33,080 bases of DNA from Pedosphaera sp. (GTDB lineage Bacteria > Verrucomicrobiota > Verrucomicrobiia > Limisphaerales > UBA9464). Below are positions 28,397 through 33,080 of the stretch, piece after piece. Position numbers and translations under genes: made by a program. The stretch's first letter is position 1. Each line of letters opens with the position of its first letter. Location: assembly GCA_009695405.1 (NCBI GenBank), contig SIAZ01000002.1:1-33080 (forward strand), written 5' to 3'. The notes below the pieces were generated by a model. That model searched no databases. It was given only the letters and a program-made list of their open reading frames with translations, and had not been told where the DNA came from.

Positions 28397-29689
28397 TCAG
28401 GTAGGTACCGAATGGAAAAACCAGAAAAAGAAGATAGCGACAACGGTTGGAAACAGGGCACCCAGAAAGAGCCCAATCGGGCTGATTCTTTCAGTACCAA
28501 AAACTTTTGAAGTCTGGAGTATGCCAGCACCCGCTGGATTAGGAGCATTAGCAATGACTGTCAACCCACCACCGGTCACTGCGCCCGCAACCAGCGCATA
28601 TTTTAAATCCTCCGAAATACCTTCGGCTAAGGAACCCAGATAGGTCAGGGCCGCATTATCGGTGAAGGCAGTCAATCCTGTTGCGCCGAAATAAAGAGCA
28701 GAGCCACCCATACTTTGGATCAGAGGCTTTAACCAATACGCCTGAAGGGTACCCAACGTGACAAGGCCAGCCAGAAAGAAGCCGACCAACAAACCTTCGC
28801 GAAATTTTAGCCCATCTTGATACTCACGAGTGGCCGTGGTTAATCCAAGAAAGATCATAAAAATCCCGAAAAAGACATCCGCGTGATGGGCGAAACTAAC
28901 CACCAAAGCTAAAAAGACGATATGAAGACCGGTCAACCAATGGGGGATCGGTTGATTCTGCGCCGGTTGAGCTTCTAAGGCATTAAGTTCACGCCGAAAG
29001 ACTGCACAGACCAGCACCGTGGAACAGACACAACTCGCAGCGGCTTTCCACCCAAAGTGAGTCAACATGTAGATCACATCCCACTTCCATTTGCTCGCCA
29101 CCATCAGTACCGGCGGAGCCGCAAAGTGAGTTAATGTTCCACCAATGGAAACATTCACAAAAAGGAGGCCGAGGGTCGCATATGCAAGGCGTTGACTAAT
29201 CGCCCGATCAAAATAACGGCGTTTGAGAAGAATGGCCAAAAGAGTCATCGCTGCCGGTTCGGTAATGAACGATCCGAGCAAGGGTCCTAAGGAGAGAGCA
29301 GCAATGTAAAAGGCGACGCTCTCTTGGAGCGGTAGGAGTCGTGCGACCAATGAAATCAATGTCTCAGCTAATCGGACCACCGGACGGGTTGCCGCCACGA
29401 CCATAATAACAAAGACAAATTTCGGTTCAGTAAAATTGAGCCTGTCAATGTAGTCAATAGCCGTTTGAACCGATCCTTTTAATGCTGCAATACCTAGAAA
29501 AAGAGCGGCGGCCCACAGACCAAAGACGACTTCTGTCTCGGCCAGAAAATGCAGAAGGTTTTCCGCCAAAGATCCCGAAGGATACCGATGCGCCCACTGA
29601 GTAAATTGCTTCACACAAAAGGTATGTAGCACGGCAAGCGTGAACAGAACTGTGGCGAGAAGTTCGATGGGTTCTGGACTGACGCTCAT
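28397..29689 (-). CDS. polytopic membrane protein, DUF1504 / putative Na+/H+ antiporter-like family
   Basis: 430 aa and hydrophobic throughout. The N-terminal block LLATVLFTLAVLHTFCVKQFTQWAH and the overall pattern resemble the DUF1504 family. The assignment is from memory only. Confidence 0.6.
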   Translation of the reverse strand: MSVSPEPIELLATVLFTLAVLHTFCVKQFTQWAHRYPSGSLAENLLHFLAETEVVFGLWAAALFLGIAALKGSVQTAIDYIDRLNFTEPKFVFVIMVVAATRPVVRLAETLISLVARLLPLQESVAFYIAALSLGPLLGSFITEPAAMTLLAILLKRRYFDRAISQRLAYATLGLLFVNVSIGGTLTHFAAPPVLMVASKWKWDVIYMLTHFGWKAAASCVCSTVLVCAVFRRELNALEAQPAQNQPIPHWLTGLHIVFLALVVSFAHHADVFFGIFMIFLGLTTATREYQDGLKFREGLLVGFFLAGLVTLGTLQAYWLKPLIQSMGGSALYFGATGLTAFTDNAALTYLGSLAEGISEDLKYALVAGAVTGGGLTVIANAPNPAGAGILQTSKVFGTERISPIGLFLGALFPTVVAIFFFWFFHSVPT

Positions 29690-29847
29690 TTAATTTACGA
29701 CGAAAGGCTACTGCCAAAGCGGCCTTGAGGCGATCAGTCGATTCGAAAAAGTATCCTGATCGAAAGAAGCTCCTTGGCTCTGATCGAAAACCTCCGTTTG
29801 CCAATTCCGCCCAAACGCTCCAGTTTCCCAAGCAACATTGTTTTCGC

Positions 29848-31284
29848 ATGAGCCAGATACCCCATCTTCCCGTTCTACGTCTTGGTCGCAGCTACGCTTC
29901 ACTGGAACAAAGTGAAGTCAAAGACTATCGCACTGGTGAGGTGCGGGCGGTGATGTCGACGGTCAATGCAGGGATCGTCCGCAAGGACCTTCAAAAGTTA
30001 AGCCAGGCGCGTGCTGCTCTGAATCGGTTTACAGTTTCGGAGTTAATGGATCTCAGTGCTAGGGCGGGTGATTTATTTTTGAAAGGCACTCTACCCCTTG
30101 GCGACCGTGGCCATACCCAAAGTTCCGAAGAGTATGTCCATACCTTGAGCACGACCAGTGGTCTACCTTACGTGATGGTGCGGCGTAATATGATAAAGAT
30201 TCACTACGCCTTAACCCATATGACGGAAATCCTGAACGGCCTGTCCCGTGGACTGGATCTAGGCATTTTAGATCGTGGTTACGGCGAACAGTTTGGTACC
30301 AAGTTGTCCTTTTTCCCAACGGCTCACGCCCTTGGATTGGTGATGCCTAGCAATTCCCCAGCAGTGAATTCACTCTGGGTTCCATCCATTTCACTAAAAA
30401 CGCCGGTGATTATTAAACCGGGCAAGGAAGAACCGTGGACACCTTTCCGCCTGATCCAAGCTTTTATCGCTGCCGGAGTTCCCGCCGAAGCTTTCGGTTT
30501 CTATCCCACTGATCACGAGGGAGCCGCTGCCATCCTCAATACCTGCGGTCGCGCCCTGATTTTCGGCGACAAATCCACTACCCAACAATATGCCTCGAAC
30601 CCAAGTATCCAAGTTCACGGACCCGGTTGGAGTAAGTTCCTGATTGGCGACGATCAGATCGAGAATTGGCCCGATTTTATCGATGTGATAGTGGCCAGTA
30701 TCTCTGACAACGGAGGCCGCTCCTGCATCAATGCGAGTGCCGTGATTGTCCCAAAATACGCCGCAGAAATTGCCGACGCTATTGCTCAACGTCTGGGGTT
30801 ACTTGTTCCCACGGCACCAGACGATCCAGAGGCTCGATTGTCCGGATTCGCCAATCCCAAGATGGCCGACTACATTGATAGTCAACTCGAAGACGGTCTC
30901 AAAGTGCCTGGCGCGGAGGATGTGACTGCAAAATATCGGACAGGCCCACGAAAAGTTACCGGGGACATAGGAGTCTTTTTGAAGCCCACAATCATCCGTT
31001 GTGATTCTTTTCAACACCCGCTTTCTAATCGTGAATTTCTCTGCCCCTACGCGAGTGTTGTTCAAGTGCCACAATCGGAAATGGTCCGCAACATCGGCTA
31101 CACTCTTGCCTGCTCCGCAATTACCAAAGACCCCGCTTTCATCGCTGAATTAGAAAAATCTACCGAAATCGACCGCTTAAATATCGGACCGGTGTCCACT
31201 ATGAAGATTTCGTGGGATCAACCCCATGAAGGCAATATGTTTGAGTTTCTCTGGCAACGCCGATCAATCGAACGGGCTTGGTGA
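29848..31284 (+). CDS. divergent aldehyde dehydrogenase superfamily protein
   Basis: ALDH-like blocks PSNSPAVNSLWVPSISLKTPVIIKPGKEEPWTP and a Cys motif region DNGGRSCINASAVIVP. I prefer the ATG at 29848 (MSQIPHLPVLRLG), because the track start at 29725 adds a low-complexity extension. Confidence 0.7.
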   Translation: MSQIPHLPVLRLGRSYASLEQSEVKDYRTGEVRAVMSTVNAGIVRKDLQKLSQARAALNRFTVSELMDLSARAGDLFLKGTLPLGDRGHTQSSEEYVHTLSTTSGLPYVMVRRNMIKIHYALTHMTEILNGLSRGLDLGILDRGYGEQFGTKLSFFPTAHALGLVMPSNSPAVNSLWVPSISLKTPVIIKPGKEEPWTPFRLIQAFIAAGVPAEAFGFYPTDHEGAAAILNTCGRALIFGDKSTTQQYASNPSIQVHGPGWSKFLIGDDQIENWPDFIDVIVASISDNGGRSCINASAVIVPKYAAEIADAIAQRLGLLVPTAPDDPEARLSGFANPKMADYIDSQLEDGLKVPGAEDVTAKYRTGPRKVTGDIGVFLKPTIIRCDSFQHPLSNREFLCPYASVVQVPQSEMVRNIGYTLACSAITKDPAFIAELEKSTEIDRLNIGPVSTMKISWDQPHEGNMFEFLWQRRSIERAW

Positions 31285-31348
31285 TCTTTAACCAGACTTG
31301 TCCGCTATTGCATCCTGAACCGAATCGCTACTCAGATCCTCTTCCCCA

Positions 31349-31864
31349 TTGAACTCTGATATTTCACCCGAGGCAGAAAAAACGCTCCGCCGCTTTTTTG
31401 GCGTTTTTATAGTCACCCTTTTTCTCTACGTGACCATCTACGGAGGATGCCAAGCCTACCGTGTTCGGAGCGGAGCGTGGCACCTTACTTTTGACACCCT
31501 CAAAGATGGGACCCCGCAGTTGCGTATCGAGCATCCTCGAATTTTATCCGCTGGCCCACTCTCAATTAACTTTCCCGGCGAGTCCGCACCGCGGGTTACC
31601 AATGGTCCAATCACTTGGATCTATAGTCGGCCAGACACCAATGTTACTCCCTTCGGTCCGATTGTTTTCCTCGATACCACGCAACTGCCAGGTACCATTT
31701 CCATTAATGCCTTCGGCCATGCTTTGGAGATGGTGACTCGCACTCTGTCAGTTGACTTCACTGAGATCCCTTGGACCTCTGGAACAAACTTAATTGTCAG
31801 GACCGAAAACAAGCCCAGTGCAGAACGCCTCAAAGCCCGGAATCAACAATGGCAAGGCCGCTGA
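31349..31864 (+). CDS. hypothetical single-pass membrane protein
   Basis: 171-aa ORF with a TTG start and one TM segment (FFGVFIVTLFLYVTIYGG). It lies 64 nt downstream of the ALDH gene on the same strand. No family recognised. Confidence 0.45.
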   Translation: MNSDISPEAEKTLRRFFGVFIVTLFLYVTIYGGCQAYRVRSGAWHLTFDTLKDGTPQLRIEHPRILSAGPLSINFPGESAPRVTNGPITWIYSRPDTNVTPFGPIVFLDTTQLPGTISINAFGHALEMVTRTLSVDFTEIPWTSGTNLIVRTENKPSAERLKARNQQWQGR

Positions 31865-32113
31865 AGCAATCTCCCAAGTCTCTTTGATTCTCACAGAGGG
31901 TGGGCGACCCCGATCGCTCACCACCGATTCCGAAAGCGGTTAGCAGCCCTCAAAATGGCCTCATACGGCACGACGCTTTTGCGACAAATACCCGCAATCG
32001 AACTAACCCTGTCGCTTCCCAATTCGACCCCTTCAGACAGTTCAATCTCGAACTCTCTAACGCGATCAAACTCGCTTACTGGACCTACGCATCCGGGGCA
32101 TTGGTTAGGAAAC

Positions 32114-32150
32114 AAAAACGCGTCCGGAGGTTTCCCTTCCGAACGCGTTT
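32114..32150. terminator. bidirectional intrinsic-terminator-like hairpin between convergent genes
   Basis: A 13-bp stem, aaacgcgtccgga (32116-32128) pairing with tccgaacgcgttt (32138-32150), with one mismatch and a 9-nt loop. It is flanked by an A5 run on the plus strand (T5 on the minus strand) and by TTT. It lies about 45 nt downstream of the stop of the minus-strand adhesin gene. Confidence 0.6.
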
Positions 32151-32193
32151 GACTTGAACCGTTCCCGACTTGGTGAACGGTCGACGATCTATA

Positions 32194-33080
32194 CTATCGA
32201 ATGTTCAGGCGCCAGAACTGAGCCCCCACATTTGGATCAATCTTCAAGGAAAGTGGCACAGCCACGTCCATGCCTTTACCGGTTACCTTGCTGGACGTCG
32301 CGAGCCAGATACCGAGTTCCGTTGAACCCTCAACAGTCACTACAACACCTTCCGATGCGCGCGCTTCCAAAGACAGTGTCACCCCATCACTCGACTTAAT
32401 CGTCAACGTCGGCGCCTCGATTGTAGCTATCTCAATGGTGACCGTCGCCACGGCAGAGTCCTTAGTGCCGTCATTGACCTTGTAGGTGAACGAATCCGTA
32501 CCCGATGCACTCGAACCCGGCGTGTAGACAAAGTCTGGAGCGTTACCAGAAAGGGTCCCCTTCGTCGGTTGAGTCAACAGTGTATAGGTCAGTTTAGCAC
32601 CTTCAGAATCTGAACCGGCCAACGAGAATTCCGTACGGGAACCCTGCTCTGTATTCACGAATACATTGAAGGCTTCAGGTGCGTCGTTAACCGCAGCGAT
32701 TGTAATTGATACGGTCGCTAGGGCGGAGTCAGCTGTTCCGTCATTAACCTTGTAGGTAAAGCTGTCGGTGCCGGATACATTCGGGTTCGGCAAGTAGACC
32801 AAGTTCGGAGACGTCCCAGTCAGCGTGCCGTTGATCGGACCTGTCACAACGGTGTAAGATAACGCAGACCCTTCTACGTCTACACCCGCCAAGGTGATCA
32901 CCTTAGCCGTGTCTTCAATCGCCTCAACAGTCAGGGCTTTGGCCACCGGTGCGTCGTTAACCGCGGCGATCGTAATTGATACGGTCGCTAGGGCGGAGTC
33001 AGCTGTTCCGTCATTAACCTTGTAGGTAAAGCTGTCGGTGCCGGATACATTCGGGTTCGGCAAGTAGACCAAGTTCGGAG
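32194..33080 (-). CDS. C-terminal part of a large tandem-repeat (cadherin/Ig-like, 'VNDAP' tandem-95-type) surface adhesin; partial at the right edge
   Basis: ~90-aa repeats of the form NLVYLPNPNVSGTDSFTYKVNDGTADSALATVSITIAAVNDAP. The frame stays open through 33080 (..PNLVYLPNP). A non-repeat C-terminal domain ends at the stop at 32194. Confidence 0.85.
   Translation of the reverse strand, partial: PNLVYLPNPNVSGTDSFTYKVNDGTADSALATVSITIAAVNDAPVAKALTVEAIEDTAKVITLAGVDVEGSALSYTVVTGPINGTLTGTSPNLVYLPNPNVSGTDSFTYKVNDGTADSALATVSITIAAVNDAPEAFNVFVNTEQGSRTEFSLAGSDSEGAKLTYTLLTQPTKGTLSGNAPDFVYTPGSSASGTDSFTYKVNDGTKDSAVATVTIEIATIEAPTLTIKSSDGVTLSLEARASEGVVVTVEGSTELGIWLATSSKVTGKGMDVAVPLSLKIDPNVGAQFWRLNIR
32678..33080 (-). 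repeat. 270-bp-period coding tandem repeat with near-identical 133-bp cores
   Basis: 32678-32810 and 32948-33080 differ at only 2 positions (32695/32965 and 32701/32971). A more diverged third unit lies near 32410-32540. Confidence 0.9.

Noticed and set aside
31900-32157. Small overlapping ORFs between the hypothetical membrane gene and the adhesin gene, including a minus-strand 65-aa ORF with a CPGC motif.
   Set aside because: They overlap each other on both strands, and the terminator hairpin sits at or inside their ends. No second Cys pair or other domain signal is present.
32408-33080. Regularly spaced repeats that could be mistaken for a CRISPR-like array.
   Set aside because: The period is 270-279 bp. 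The repeats lie in one long open reading frame encoding Ig/cadherin-like units, with no short direct repeats or spacers.

Overview
This 33 kb window looks like an ordinary chromosomal segment, most likely from a PVC-superphylum bacterium and probably Verrucomicrobiota. I infer the taxon from three gene families: a prepilin-leader/DUF1559 'H-X9-DG' protein, an autotransporter-associated beta-strand (PATR) repeat protein, and a multi-haem cytochrome c with a PA14 domain. I support about 21 protein-coding loci. I found no rRNA, tRNA, CRISPR array or classical IS element.

Gene content, left to right:
- a DUF3427 SF2 helicase and a beta-lactamase-family serine hydrolase
- a large secreted beta-propeller repeat protein
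- an Rpn/DUF4351-type nuclease and a DUF1559 pseudopilin-like protein
- two translationally coupled paralogous Tat-signal proteins of unknown family
- a polysaccharide-deacetylase/PATR surface protein and a DUF2167 membrane protein
- an RluE-like pseudouridine synthase and a YebC-family regulator
- a cytochrome c/PA14 protein, a beta-propeller dehydrogenase-like protein and a CusF-SCO1 fusion, in a row
- RidA and RecQ
- an LTA-synthase/sulfatase-family gene and a DUF1504 antiporter-like protein
- a divergent ALDH, a small membrane protein, and the 3' end of a large tandem-repeat adhesin

The most striking observation is that 5 of these ~21 loci are visibly disrupted, by 7 lesions in total (4 frameshifts and 3 in-frame stops). 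Their translated halves still read as one coherent homologous protein. This points to ongoing pseudogenisation or, less likely, assembly error.

I do not see a clear, self-contained novel system such as a defence island or biosynthetic cluster. The best candidates for uncharacterised biology are the coupled Tat-signal paralog pair and the cytochrome c/PA14 - propeller - CusF-SCO1 module. All family assignments are by-eye motif recognition without database searches.
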